A stretch of DNA of 36,829 nt, taken from assembly GCA_944380155.1 (NCBI GenBank), contig CALWGS010000096.1, forward strand, positions 1 through 36,829, written 5' to 3'. The stretch comes from an uncultured Lachnospiraceae bacterium. Its GTDB lineage: Bacteria > Bacillota > Clostridia > Lachnospirales > Lachnospiraceae. Made by a program: the position numbers and the translations under genes. The stretch's first letter is position 1. Each line of letters begins with the position of its first letter. This document shows, one piece after another, positions 8,498-16,495 of this stretch. The notes beneath the pieces were generated by a model. It made no database searches and was not told where the DNA came from. It saw only the letters and a program-made list of their open reading frames with translations.

Positions 8498-9670
8498 TTA
8501 ATAATATTGTACCGTAACATCCTTCCCCATCTTTTTGGCGTAATCCACCATTTGAGCAACAAGGTTCATGCGGATGCTCAGATCGAAGGGGAGCCCCGGA
8601 TTCTGATGGGCCGCGTTGATTGCCTTGCCGACAAAGAAATGCAGCTCGGTACAGTCCTCGATAATCATTTTGGCGATTTTGGAGCCGCCGTTGTCCTTGT
8701 CAAGCTCAAAAAAGAATGCTTCGTCAACATCCTCCTCCACGTACTGTTTCATTAACTGAAGCGCGCGGGTAAGAGTAAGAACACCTTCTGTTACAAGGTC
8801 AATGCCGTCTATCGTTGCAATCGGCGGCAGTACCGGATCCGTATAGTTCAGGGAGGTCTTAATCTGCTTATGCAGAATCCTGGACACAATATTGGCCGAG
8901 GTTCCGCCGCTGACGATCCGCTTCGCGGGCCCGCGCATGAACTCGTGGATGACCTTCGCGTCGTCTTCTTTGTTCATGGGAGGACCGGTGAAGATATTGA
9001 CCGGCTTGGCGTTGATGATCCTGGCAACGGCTACCGTCGTATCATCACCCGGGCTCTGCATATACAAATCATCACAGGCCTTGCTTAAGATAGCCGCAAG
9101 ACGGGATGCGGAGAGGGTCGTCCGGGTTGCCTTGACTGCGTATTCCGCCATACTGTTCCAGGTCCAGCCGAAGTTAAGCACCTGGCCGACGCCGGCATAG
9201 ATGACTCCGTCGCTCATCAGGATGAAGCAGTCATTCAGCCCCACACGAAACCGGCATTCCTTAATCTTCTTCCCTTCAATGATCTTCTCCTGGTAGGGAA
9301 TCTCCTGAAGTCTGCCGCCGCGGATAAATACGCAGCTGGGGTTGTCGAATTCGACCAGGTAGGCATCCCCGTTCTTAAAGAGTTGAAGAATGCTGAAGGT
9401 GGAATAGGCAACCTGTCTGACCTGGCAGACAGGAAGCGTCTTGACAATGGTCTCCACGCACTCCTCAATCGGAGCTCCGTTCAGGAACATGGTTCCGAGG
9501 ATCTTGGAGGTGAGCGTCGCAAGGATATTGGCCTTGACTCCGCTTCCCATACCATCGGCAAGGATGATGATACTGGAATCGGGGGTCTTTAAGATCTCAA
9601 CCTTGTCTCCGCACAGCTCCTCATGATGCTTGTTCAGACTTTTGTAAGAAGCGTCAACACTGATATTCAT
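8498..9670 (-). CDS. PP2C/SpoIIE-family protein serine/threonine phosphatase with uncharacterised C-terminal domain
   Basis: 390 aa. The N-terminal half carries GDKVEI...LADGMGSG...MSDGV PP2C metal-binding motifs. I do not recognise the family of the roughly 190-aa C-terminal part. The RBS AGGAGG overlaps the hydS stop. Confidence 0.85.
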   Translation of the reverse strand: MNISVDASYKSLNKHHEELCGDKVEILKTPDSSIIILADGMGSGVKANILATLTSKILGTMFLNGAPIEECVETIVKTLPVCQVRQVAYSTFSILQLFKNGDAYLVEFDNPSCVFIRGGRLQEIPYQEKIIEGKKIKECRFRVGLNDCFILMSDGVIYAGVGQVLNFGWTWNSMAEYAVKATRTTLSASRLAAILSKACDDLYMQSPGDDTTVAVARIINAKPVNIFTGPPMNKEDDAKVIHEFMRGPAKRIVSGGTSANIVSRILHKQIKTSLNYTDPVLPPIATIDGIDLVTEGVLTLTRALQLMKQYVEEDVDEAFFFELDKDNGGSKIAKMIIEDCTELHFFVGKAINAAHQNPGLPFDLSIRMNLVAQMVDYAKKMGKDVTVQYY

Positions 9671-9679
9671 CCTGGCCTC

Positions 9680-11419
9680 CTATCTGGAAGCGGGCGCTTC
9701 CCCGCCGTCATAGAGGATGGTATCGCGCAGCTTTGTGAGCGTCACCTTCGTCTCTGCGGTCGTCTCGCCAAGCAGTCCCGCGATCTCCTGGGCAACCATC
9801 ATCTGCTTGTCAATTACCTTCTGGGCCATTTCTATGGTCTCCATCTTAACCTTATAGGCCTGCTTCTTCTGCTCCTCCTCCTGAGAGACATCCTGGAAGA
9901 TTCCAAGAACGCAGTTCTGTTCTTCGATATATACGATATTCTGCAATGTGGCAAGGCCGATATCCTCATAGATCACACGCTTGCCAAGAATGTTCTCATG
10001 TGTGTCGAGCACATCCATGAAATCCGTATGATCAATAATCTCATACAGGTACATCTCTCTGGCATCCGCTCTGGATATGTGGAAATAATGCTCCGCTGCC
10101 TTGGAGAATTCCTGTATCTTCATGTCGGCATCTACAATTATGATGATATTCGGCGTTGTGTCAAGTACAACGTTCGACATGGACTGAGCGCGTTCGTGCA
10201 TATAGGGCAGGCACATATTCAGCTCAGCCTTACCCTGATAGACCGCGATCGCCTTGTCGCGGCAGCTCGGGTACCCGCATGCGCCGCAGTTGAGCAGATC
10301 CTTCGGATTGAGCTTGCCTGTCTTGCGCAGGATCTCGTTGATCTCCTCTTCTGTAGGCATGGGATCCTTCGGAGAGCGATCTCCGAATGCCTTAGCGAAG
10401 GACAGTCCGGAAAAATCACGGAAGAAGGTCTCTTTCTCCACCGGCTTCTTCGGAATTGACTCCTCCATGTCCAGCTTCACCTTGAAGCGGGAGATGGTGT
10501 CACGGTCAATGGCCGGGCCCTTGATGCATCCGCCGTTACAGATGTTGGCTTCAATGAAGCAGCCGGAAACCTCGCCGCGTGTCATGCTCTCGAACAGCTC
10601 GATACAGTTATGGATCCCGTGGACATAGAACTTGCGGTAATGATCCGCGGCCGGCTTCGTTGCGACAACCGAGGAGAGCACGCCGCTGCTGATCGGATAG
10701 AGGCGGTTCACCTCCGGGCTGGGATTCTGGGGAGGCGTATCGGGAAGGCTGAACAGATCGATACGCTCTTCCTTGAGCCACTGCTCGAGTTCCTTGAAGT
10801 TAATTACGGCATCAATATATCCCTTGGTCCGCTCATCTCCTTCGGCCTCCCGCTTCTTGGCGATACACGGGCCGAGGAATACAACCTTCACATTCTGGCC
10901 ATACATGGCGCGGATCAGCTTCCCGTGTGCGATCATGGGAGATACGACAGGCGCCATATACTTGGTAAGGGACGGATAGTAGATCTCAATCAAATCATTT
11001 ACGCTGGGGCAGCAGGTTGTAATGATATTCTCCATGCTTCCCTGCATCAGCAGCTTCTCATATTCATTCGTAACATAAGCGGCGCCCTCAGCCGTTTCAC
11101 GGACTTCCTTGAACCCAAGCTTCAGGAGGGCTGTTATGACCTGGCCGGGGGTCTTGTACTTCATGACGCCAAGATACGCAGGAGCGATGGATACAATGGT
11201 CGGAATACCGGAACGAAGATATCCCTTTACACGATCCAGATCGCTGATAAAGGTCTTGGCATTCTGGGGACATGCGTCCAGACAATGTCCGCAGAGGATA
11301 CACTTGTCATTCATAATCTGCGCCTGTTCATTTTGGACGGTAATAGCCTTCACATCACAGACACGGACACATTTGTAACAGTTCTTGCATTTCGCTTCCT
11401 TAAAACCGATTACATTCAT
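9680..11419 (-). CDS. hydS: Putative sensory [FeFe]-hydrogenase HydS (ferredoxin domain, H-cluster domain, 4-Cys cluster, PAS)
   Basis: 579 aa. Contains CKNCYKCVRVCD and CILCGHCLDACP; H-cluster motifs TTCCPS, GPCIAKKRE, EANICNGGCIKGP (Met to Asn); CGACGYPSC-x16-C; then a PAS-like segment and a helical tail. Its start overlaps the upstream stop (TGATG). Confidence 0.85.
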   Translation of the reverse strand: MNVIGFKEAKCKNCYKCVRVCDVKAITVQNEQAQIMNDKCILCGHCLDACPQNAKTFISDLDRVKGYLRSGIPTIVSIAPAYLGVMKYKTPGQVITALLKLGFKEVRETAEGAAYVTNEYEKLLMQGSMENIITTCCPSVNDLIEIYYPSLTKYMAPVVSPMIAHGKLIRAMYGQNVKVVFLGPCIAKKREAEGDERTKGYIDAVINFKELEQWLKEERIDLFSLPDTPPQNPSPEVNRLYPISSGVLSSVVATKPAADHYRKFYVHGIHNCIELFESMTRGEVSGCFIEANICNGGCIKGPAIDRDTISRFKVKLDMEESIPKKPVEKETFFRDFSGLSFAKAFGDRSPKDPMPTEEEINEILRKTGKLNPKDLLNCGACGYPSCRDKAIAVYQGKAELNMCLPYMHERAQSMSNVVLDTTPNIIIIVDADMKIQEFSKAAEHYFHISRADAREMYLYEIIDHTDFMDVLDTHENILGKRVIYEDIGLATLQNIVYIEEQNCVLGIFQDVSQEEEQKKQAYKVKMETIEMAQKVIDKQMMVAQEIAGLLGETTAETKVTLTKLRDTILYDGGEAPASR

Positions 11420-11661
11420 CAGGCGAGCCTCCTAAGCACCTCTTCATTGAAAAATTTCTCCGTAGTTGCGGGCTGTAACGAGAACAATTCTCCGTCTAAC
11501 TTGACGCAGACTCCTTTCGTACATTCACCCATGCAGAAGGAGCCGCTCAGCTCGACCTTATCCTTAACATTATGTAATGAAATCAGGCGCTCCAGGATCT
11601 GAATGATTTCGCGGGAGCCCTTTAAGTGGCAGGAACTGCCGATACAAATTGTGATAACCAT
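11419..11661 (-). CDS. Thioredoxin-like [2Fe-2S] ferredoxin-domain protein
   Basis: 80 aa with Cys pattern CIGSSC...CMGEC, typical of NuoE/HydC-type 2Fe-2S domains. First gene of the operon, with a GGAGG RBS. Confidence 0.75.
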   Translation of the reverse strand: MVITICIGSSCHLKGSREIIQILERLISLHNVKDKVELSGSFCMGECTKGVCVKLDGELFSLQPATTEKFFNEEVLRRLA

Positions 11662-11714
11662 AACAATAACCTCCTGAGTATCTTAGTTGTCATATTTGTT
11701 GAGAATTTGATTTT

Positions 11715-11743
11715 ATTCTATCATATAGAGTGGGCGATGTCAA
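11715..11743 (-). promoter_or_regulatory. Putative sigma-A promoter (TTGACA-17-TAGAAT) of the hydrogenase/sensor operon
   Basis: Reverse complement of 11715..11743 reads TTGACA-N17-TAGAAT, about 50 nt upstream of the first ATG. Confidence 0.5.
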
Positions 11744-11822
11744 AGAGAAATAGATACCCTTTTCTTATGCCGGGAACTATGCTATAATGGGAAGAAAAAG
11801 CAAAGACAAAGGAGTTTAAGCC

Positions 11823-13214
11823 ATGGATTTGACAACAATACGGGAGTTATATCGTGATAGAGAGGCGTATCTCGGACAGAAGATCCGGGTAGGAGGATGG
11901 GTCAGAAGCGTAAGGGATTCCAAGACCTTCGGATTTATCGTACTTGCGGACGGAACCTTCTTTGAGCCTCTTCAGATTGTGTATGGGGACAGGCTTGAGA
12001 ATTTCGTGGAGATTTCGAAGTGCAACGTGGGAACCGCGCTGATCGTTGAGGGTGTGCTGGTAGCGACTCCGCAGGCCAGGCAGCCGTTCGAGATTCAGGC
12101 GGATTCGATTGTGGTAGAGGGAAGCTCTACGCCGGATTATCCGCTGCAGAAGAAGAGACATACCCTGGAATATCTTAGAACCATTACGCACTTAAGGGCC
12201 AGGACGAATACCTTCCAGGCTGTGTTCCGCGTCCGTTCGCTGATTGCGTATGCGATTCATAAGTTCTTCCAGGAGAGGGATTTCGTCTATGTTCATACGC
12301 CCCTGATTACGGGAAGCGACTGTGAGGGCGCGGGAGAGATGTTCCAGGTTACAACTCTTGACCTGAACCAGGTTCCGAAGAAGGCGGACGGGACGGTGGA
12401 TTATACGAAGGACTTCTTCGGCAAGCCCACGAATCTGACGGTGAGCGGCCAGCTCAACGGGGAGACCTTCGCGATGGCATTCCGGAATATCTATACCTTC
12501 GGTCCTACGTTCCGCGCGGAGAATTCCAATACGACCCGCCATGCGGCGGAGTTCTGGATGATCGAGCCTGAGATTGCGTTCGCGGATTTGAAGGATGATA
12601 TGATGCTTGCGGAGAGTATGCTGAAGTATATTATTCATTATGTGCTGGAGAACGCTCCGGAGGAGATGAATTTCTTTAACTCCTTCGTGGACAAGGGGCT
12701 GATTGAGCGCCTTAGGCATGTGGCGGAGTCGGAATTCGCGCATGTCACGTATACCGAAGCGGTTGAGCTGCTGATGAAGCATAACGATCAGTTTGATTAT
12801 AAAGTGTCCTGGGGCTGTGATCTGCAGACGGAGCATGAGCGCTATCTGACGGAGGAGATTTTTAAGAGACCGGTATTCGTAACGGATTATCCGAAGGAGA
12901 TTAAGGCGTTCTATATGAAGCTGAATGAAGATAATAAGACGGTGGCGGCCATGGACCTTCTGGTTCCGGGAATCGGAGAAATTATCGGCGGAAGCCAGAG
13001 AGAGGATAATTATGAGAAGCTTGCAAAGCGTATGCAGGAGCTTGGCCTGAAGGAAGAGGACTATGCGTTCTATCTGGATCTGAGGAAATACGGTTCCGCA
13101 AGACACGCGGGGTTCGGTCTGGGCTTTGAACGCTGCATTATGTATTTGACCGGAATGGGGAATATCCGCGATGTGGTTCCCTTCCCGAGAACGGTGAATA
13201 ACTGCGCTTTGTAA
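11823..13214 (+). CDS. asnS: Asparagine--tRNA ligase
   Basis: 463 aa. Class IIb OB-fold N-terminus and the [21 protein letters not shown] and GFGLGFERC motifs characteristic of AsnRS. AAAGGAG RBS. Confidence 0.95.
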   Translation: MDLTTIRELYRDREAYLGQKIRVGGWVRSVRDSKTFGFIVLADGTFFEPLQIVYGDRLENFVEISKCNVGTALIVEGVLVATPQARQPFEIQADSIVVEGSSTPDYPLQKKRHTLEYLRTITHLRARTNTFQAVFRVRSLIAYAIHKFFQERDFVYVHTPLITGSDCEGAGEMFQVTTLDLNQVPKKADGTVDYTKDFFGKPTNLTVSGQLNGETFAMAFRNIYTFGPTFRAENSNTTRHAAEFWMIEPEIAFADLKDDMMLAESMLKYIIHYVLENAPEEMNFFNSFVDKGLIERLRHVAESEFAHVTYTEAVELLMKHNDQFDYKVSWGCDLQTEHERYLTEEIFKRPVFVTDYPKEIKAFYMKLNEDNKTVAAMDLLVPGIGEIIGGSQREDNYEKLAKRMQELGLKEEDYAFYLDLRKYGSARHAGFGLGFERCIMYLTGMGNIRDVVPFPRTVNNCAL

Positions 13215-13264
13215 TCCGAATCCCGGTCTGCGGAAAATAATTTCCATTTTTATAATTTTTCACG

Positions 13265-13293
13265 TTGCGAAGACGGCTGAATTATTGTATACT
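13265..13293 (+). promoter_or_regulatory. Putative sigma-A promoter (TTGCGA-17-TATACT)
   Basis: Lies in the AT-rich spacer after asnS. A 9-bp stem hairpin (13339-13374) abuts the start codon downstream. Confidence 0.45.
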
Positions 13294-13374
13294 TATAGTT
13301 ATGAATAATTCCTAATCAATGCACGAATAAGAATTCATGAAAACGCAGAAAAAGGGATATCGATTTGCGTTTTC

Positions 13375-14184
13375 GTGAAGAAAATGAATACGAATGGGGA
13401 TGAGGAAGTGGCTAAGATCGCAGATGATTCGGCAATGAAGCGTGTTTATGATATGTTGAAGGAGAGCTTCCGGGCGCAGCCGGAGTTCACAACGCAGGAA
13501 GCGTATAAAGCAGTATCAAAGATGAATAAAAGTACCTTGTCCTGGTATCTGCATGTGTTGGTGCAGAAGAATTATCTCAGGAATATCCGGCATGGGGTGT
13601 ATGGGTTTTATGAGCACGATAATGCAGGGTATCTTGAGCATATGCAGAAGGATTCGAGAGAGATCTATGATCGGATGACGGACAGCGGCATGGAGTTCTA
13701 CCTGTCCGGCTGGGACGGACTGATGACAGCGGAGGATGAGCCTCCTGCGGAGTATCCGGTGATTCTGGTAACGGAGGGCGGGAATGTGTTTGAGGTGATT
13801 CAGTTCCTGTCAGAAAGGGGATATCGGGTATACCATAACGATAAGGAGAAGGTGCTTGACGGAGACGGCCCGGACGGGAAGAAGGTTCTCCTGATGAGAG
13901 GGACCAATATGGGATTCGGGGAATTCGGGATCGCCTGTCCTGAGAAAGGGTTTGCGGATTTGTATTACGCAGTGACCAGAATGGGATATCCGACGACCTC
14001 GGAGCGCCTTGCAAAGATGCATTTTGACCTGCTGAATAAGGGAATTTTGTCGGTGGCAAGACTGAAGGATGCGGGGAGGGAACTGGGAATTAAGACCGAG
14101 TTCGAATTCATGCTTCAGATGTCGCTGCTCCCCGAGGGGGCTGCCAACTTTTTCATACACGGTTTGATGTCGGAGCGGGCATAG
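13375..14184 (+). CDS. Hypothetical winged-helix protein, AbiEi-antitoxin-like N-terminus
   Basis: 269 aa. The N-terminal segment TTQEAYKAV...STLSWYLHVLVQKNYLRNIRHGVYGF resembles the AbiEi/transcriptional-regulator wHTH ending in RGxY. The start is uncertain: GTG 13375 or ATG 13384, both with weak RBSs. Confidence 0.5.
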   Translation: MKKMNTNGDEEVAKIADDSAMKRVYDMLKESFRAQPEFTTQEAYKAVSKMNKSTLSWYLHVLVQKNYLRNIRHGVYGFYEHDNAGYLEHMQKDSREIYDRMTDSGMEFYLSGWDGLMTAEDEPPAEYPVILVTEGGNVFEVIQFLSERGYRVYHNDKEKVLDGDGPDGKKVLLMRGTNMGFGEFGIACPEKGFADLYYAVTRMGYPTTSERLAKMHFDLLNKGILSVARLKDAGRELGIKTEFEFMLQMSLLPEGAANFFIHGLMSERA

Positions 14185-14207
14185 GAAGCCGGTGATTGAG
14201 AATCATA

Positions 14208-14248
14208 AAAGGATGCGTCGGGCTGGAAGAATGACGCATCCTTTTTTC
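14208..14248. terminator. Bidirectional rho-independent terminator between convergent genes
   Basis: AAAAGGATGCGTC-N13-GACGCATCCTTTTTT. The 9-bp G/C-containing stem is extended by A/U runs on both sides. Confidence 0.65.
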
Positions 14249-14295
14249 GTATCTTATGTATCCGATCGTATTGAATTCGGTTCTGTGCCTGGACT

Positions 14296-14793
14296 CTACC
14301 GGGCCGCGTTTGCCTTCCAGGGGGTCCAGTTAATGCCGCGGCAGGCCTTCAGGGCGGTTAAAAGCGCCAGACCGAGCACGCCGCAGGAAATTACCTCTCC
14401 AATGCCGACCGAAAGCATCAGGAACGGAATGGAGAACGGCAGTTCATAGGCATATTTTAATACCCAGGGAATAATCAGCATATTCGATACAATGGGCGGA
14501 ATGGGAACGAGATAACGGTTCTTGCGAAGCGCGTAGGAAGCGACTGCGGCTATCAGTGTGGCAAGAGTACCGAAAATCATATCCATGATGCTGCCGCCGA
14601 TCATATTACCGATCAGGCATCCAATGGTTACGCCGGGAATTGCGGCGGGAGTGAAGAACGGAAGAACGGTCAGCGCTTCCGCGACCCGTACCTGAATCTC
14701 GCCGAACGAAATCGGCTCGAACACAATAATCAGGACAACGTAAATGGCCGCGATAACGGCAGCTTGGGTGAGGAACATAACTTTTTTTGACAT
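14296..14793 (-). CDS. queT: QueT family queuosine-precursor transporter (ECF S-component-like)
   Basis: 165-aa polytopic protein. The N-terminus (LTQAAVIAAIYVVL...QVRVAEALTVLP) is as in QueT proteins. It is preceded by a preQ1-type leader. Confidence 0.8.
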   Translation of the reverse strand: MSKKVMFLTQAAVIAAIYVVLIIVFEPISFGEIQVRVAEALTVLPFFTPAAIPGVTIGCLIGNMIGGSIMDMIFGTLATLIAAVASYALRKNRYLVPIPPIVSNMLIIPWVLKYAYELPFSIPFLMLSVGIGEVISCGVLGLALLTALKACRGINWTPWKANAAR

Positions 14794-14800
14794 AACAACT

Positions 14801-14842
14801 CTCCTTTAGTTTTGTTTTACGAGTGGAAGGTCTCGAACACTC
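14801..14842 (-). promoter_or_regulatory. preQ1-I riboswitch candidate overlapping the queT Shine-Dalgarno
   Basis: The minus-strand RNA is GAGUG-UUCGAGACCUUC-CACUC-GUAAAACAAAACUAAAGGAG. This gives a 5-bp P1, a 12-nt loop starting UUC, and an A-rich tail ending in CUAAAGGAG. It closely parallels the B. subtilis queC aptamer AGAGG-UUCUAGCUACAC-CCUCU-AUAAAAAACUAAGG. Confidence 0.6.
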
Positions 14843-14913
14843 GATTCATTTAACGCCGGGAATCGGCGGCAAGCCCGGATAGACCTTGGTTTTGGGGCTT
14901 TGCAACGTGCTAT

Positions 14914-14942
14914 AGTATAGCATGACAGAATGGAAAAAGCAA
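14914..14942 (-). promoter_or_regulatory. Putative sigma-A promoter (TTGCTT-17-TATACT) for the queT leader
   Basis: Reverse complement reads TTGCTT-N17-TATACT, about 65 nt upstream of the aptamer. Confidence 0.5.
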
Positions 14943-15034
14943 GATGGAATGTGTGGATATTTGCCGGGTGGATATGCTATAATGATAGGGTATAGAACAG
15001 GATGGATTTTGGAAGTATTCTTTCAAAATAAAGC

Positions 15035-15063
15035 TTGACAGGACGGTTGAGGCAGGATATAAT
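15035..15063 (+). promoter_or_regulatory. Consensus sigma-A promoter (TTGACA-17-TATAAT) of the oxidative-stress operon
   Basis: Perfect -35 and -10 hexamers with 17-nt spacing, about 95 nt upstream of the flavin reductase-rubredoxin gene. Confidence 0.65.
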
Positions 15064-15065
15064 AT

Positions 15066-15092
15066 CAGTAATGATTACTGTTATTATATAAT
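15066..15092 (+). promoter_or_regulatory. Fur-family (PerR/Zur-type) operator candidate
   Basis: Perfect 7-1-7 palindrome CAGTAATGATTACTG (15066-15080) starts 3 nt after the -10 box. A 10-bp palindrome ATTATATAAT follows at 15083-15092. Confidence 0.4.
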
Positions 15093-15157
15093 GAAATGAA
15101 AATGACAGAGCCGGTTCCGGAGGGAACTGAGAGGTTGCACAGGAGGCAGGATAGGAG

Positions 15158-15793
15158 ATGGAACTTTCAGCATTATTCAAGTTGAGCTACGGATTGTTTA
15201 TCGCGGGAACCGAGTTTGAGGGGAAAAAGAATGCGTGTGTGATTAATACCGCCGCGCAGGCGACAGCGGAACCGGCCCGTATGATTGTGACGATGCTTAA
15301 GTCAGATTATACGGCATCTCTGATTGAGAAGAAGGGCAGTCTGACGATTTCGGTGATGTCTCTTAAGACGCCGATGACGCTGATCCAGGATTTCGGAATG
15401 AGGAGCGGGAGGGATTGTGACAAGTTTGAGAATTATCCTTTCTGTACGGATGCGTTCGGGAATCCTTATCTGACGGATACGATGACAGCGGTTATGAGCC
15501 TTAGAGTGGAGAATACCATCGATCTGGAGACTCACCTGTTGTTTGTCTGTATGGTGGAGGATGCCGGGAATCTGTCGGATGAGAAGCCGATGACGTATGC
15601 GGATTACAGGATTCTTAAGAGCGGAGGCAGCGTTGGGGAGAGCGTGAAGGAGGAAGCGGCGGAGGCCCCGAAGAAGTATGTCTGTACGGTCTGCCATTAT
15701 GAATATGACGGGGATGTTCCGTTCGAAGAGCTTCCGGACGATTATGTCTGCCCCATCTGCGGAGTCGGAAAGGATATGTTCGAAGCGGTATAA
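15158..15793 (+). CDS. Flavin reductase-like domain fused to C-terminal rubredoxin (high-molecular-weight rubredoxin-like)
   Basis: 211 aa. The N-terminal [11 protein letters not shown]...NACVINT is flavin-reductase-like. The C-terminal [12 protein letters not shown]...[14 protein letters not shown] is a rubredoxin CxxC...CxxC motif. Confidence 0.85.
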   Translation: MELSALFKLSYGLFIAGTEFEGKKNACVINTAAQATAEPARMIVTMLKSDYTASLIEKKGSLTISVMSLKTPMTLIQDFGMRSGRDCDKFENYPFCTDAFGNPYLTDTMTAVMSLRVENTIDLETHLLFVCMVEDAGNLSDEKPMTYADYRILKSGGSVGESVKEEAAEAPKKYVCTVCHYEYDGDVPFEELPDDYVCPICGVGKDMFEAV

Positions 15794-15852
15794 CGGTTGA
15801 TGAGAGCGTTACGGCTCATAAGATAATACAATAAGAGAAGGAGAGAACAGAC

Positions 15853-16398
15853 ATGGAGAAGAGTTTGAAGGGTACGAAGACGGAAGCGAATTTGATGGCG
15901 GCATTTGCGGGAGAATCTCAGGCAAGGAACAAGTATACGTATTATGCTTCCAAGGCGAAGAAGGACGGGTATGAGCAGATTGCGGCTCTGTTCCTTGAGA
16001 CGGCGGAGAATGAGAAGGAGCATGCGAAGATCTGGTTCAAGCTGCTTCATGACGGAATGCCCGATACCGCCACGAATCTGAGAGACGCGGCGGCAGGAGA
16101 GAATTATGAGTGGACAGACATGTATGCGACCTTTGCAAAAGAGGCGAAGGAAGAGGGCTTTGATAGGATTGCGTATCTGTTCGAGGCAGTCGGAAGAATC
16201 GAGAAGGAGCATGAGGAGAGGTATCTGAAGCTTCTTGAGAATGTGGAGAACGGCCTTGTATTCTCGAAGGACGGGGATATTATCTGGAAGTGCAGGAACT
16301 GCGGCCACATCCATGTCGGCAGGCAGGCTCCCGCCAAGTGTCCGGTCTGCGACCATCCGCAGTCTTTCTTTGAGCAGGTTGCAAGGAATTACGAATAG
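15853..16398 (+). CDS. rbr: Rubrerythrin
   Basis: 181 aa. Ferritin-like diiron motifs ([24 protein letters not shown]) plus a C-terminal rubredoxin-like CRNCGH...CPVCDH. AAGGAGAG RBS. Confidence 0.9.
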   Translation: MEKSLKGTKTEANLMAAFAGESQARNKYTYYASKAKKDGYEQIAALFLETAENEKEHAKIWFKLLHDGMPDTATNLRDAAAGENYEWTDMYATFAKEAKEEGFDRIAYLFEAVGRIEKEHEERYLKLLENVENGLVFSKDGDIIWKCRNCGHIHVGRQAPAKCPVCDHPQSFFEQVARNYE

Positions 16399-16425
16399 AC
16401 AGACCTTGATACAGCATTCCGGCGC

Positions 16426-16468
16426 GGCGTGTCCGAGATCCGTAAGGGATCGGAGGACACGCCTTTTT
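16426..16468 (+). terminator. Rho-independent terminator after rbr
   Basis: GGCGTGTCC-N20-GGACACGCC followed by TTTTT. The loop contains a nested GATCC/GGATC stem. Confidence 0.65.
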
Positions 16469-16495
16469 GCAATATAGACAGGGAGTGTGGTTTCG

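Noticed and set aside
6992-11602. Long plus-strand ORFs 6992-7705, 9623-10459 and 10610-11602, and several 60-110-aa ORFs, antisense to the hydrogenase/HydS/PP2C operon
   Set aside because: The minus strand carries unambiguous H-cluster, ferredoxin and PP2C motifs with coupled RBSs. The plus-strand translations are Leu/Arg/His-rich without features.
11662-11760. Rex operator (TTGTTAAnnnnTTAACAA-like) in front of the hydrogenase/sensor operon
   Set aside because: The only candidate, TTGTCATATTTGTTGA, is not an inverted repeat: the second half is TGTTGA, not TGACAA. No convincing Rex box is present.
12192-13247. 351-aa minus-strand ORF antisense to asnS
   Set aside because: asnS is unmistakable on the plus strand. 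The antisense product is R/L/H/I-rich with no recognisable domain.
14843-14907. Possible second (tandem) preQ1 aptamer or other structured element in the 5' part of the queT leader (AAAGCCCCAAAACCAAGG; CCGGG...CCCGG / CGCCG...CGGCG hairpins)
   Set aside because: The A-rich CCAAGG tail resembles a preQ1-I 3' end, but I cannot build the required P1 stem upstream of it. The GC hairpins are short and mutually exclusive without an obvious role.
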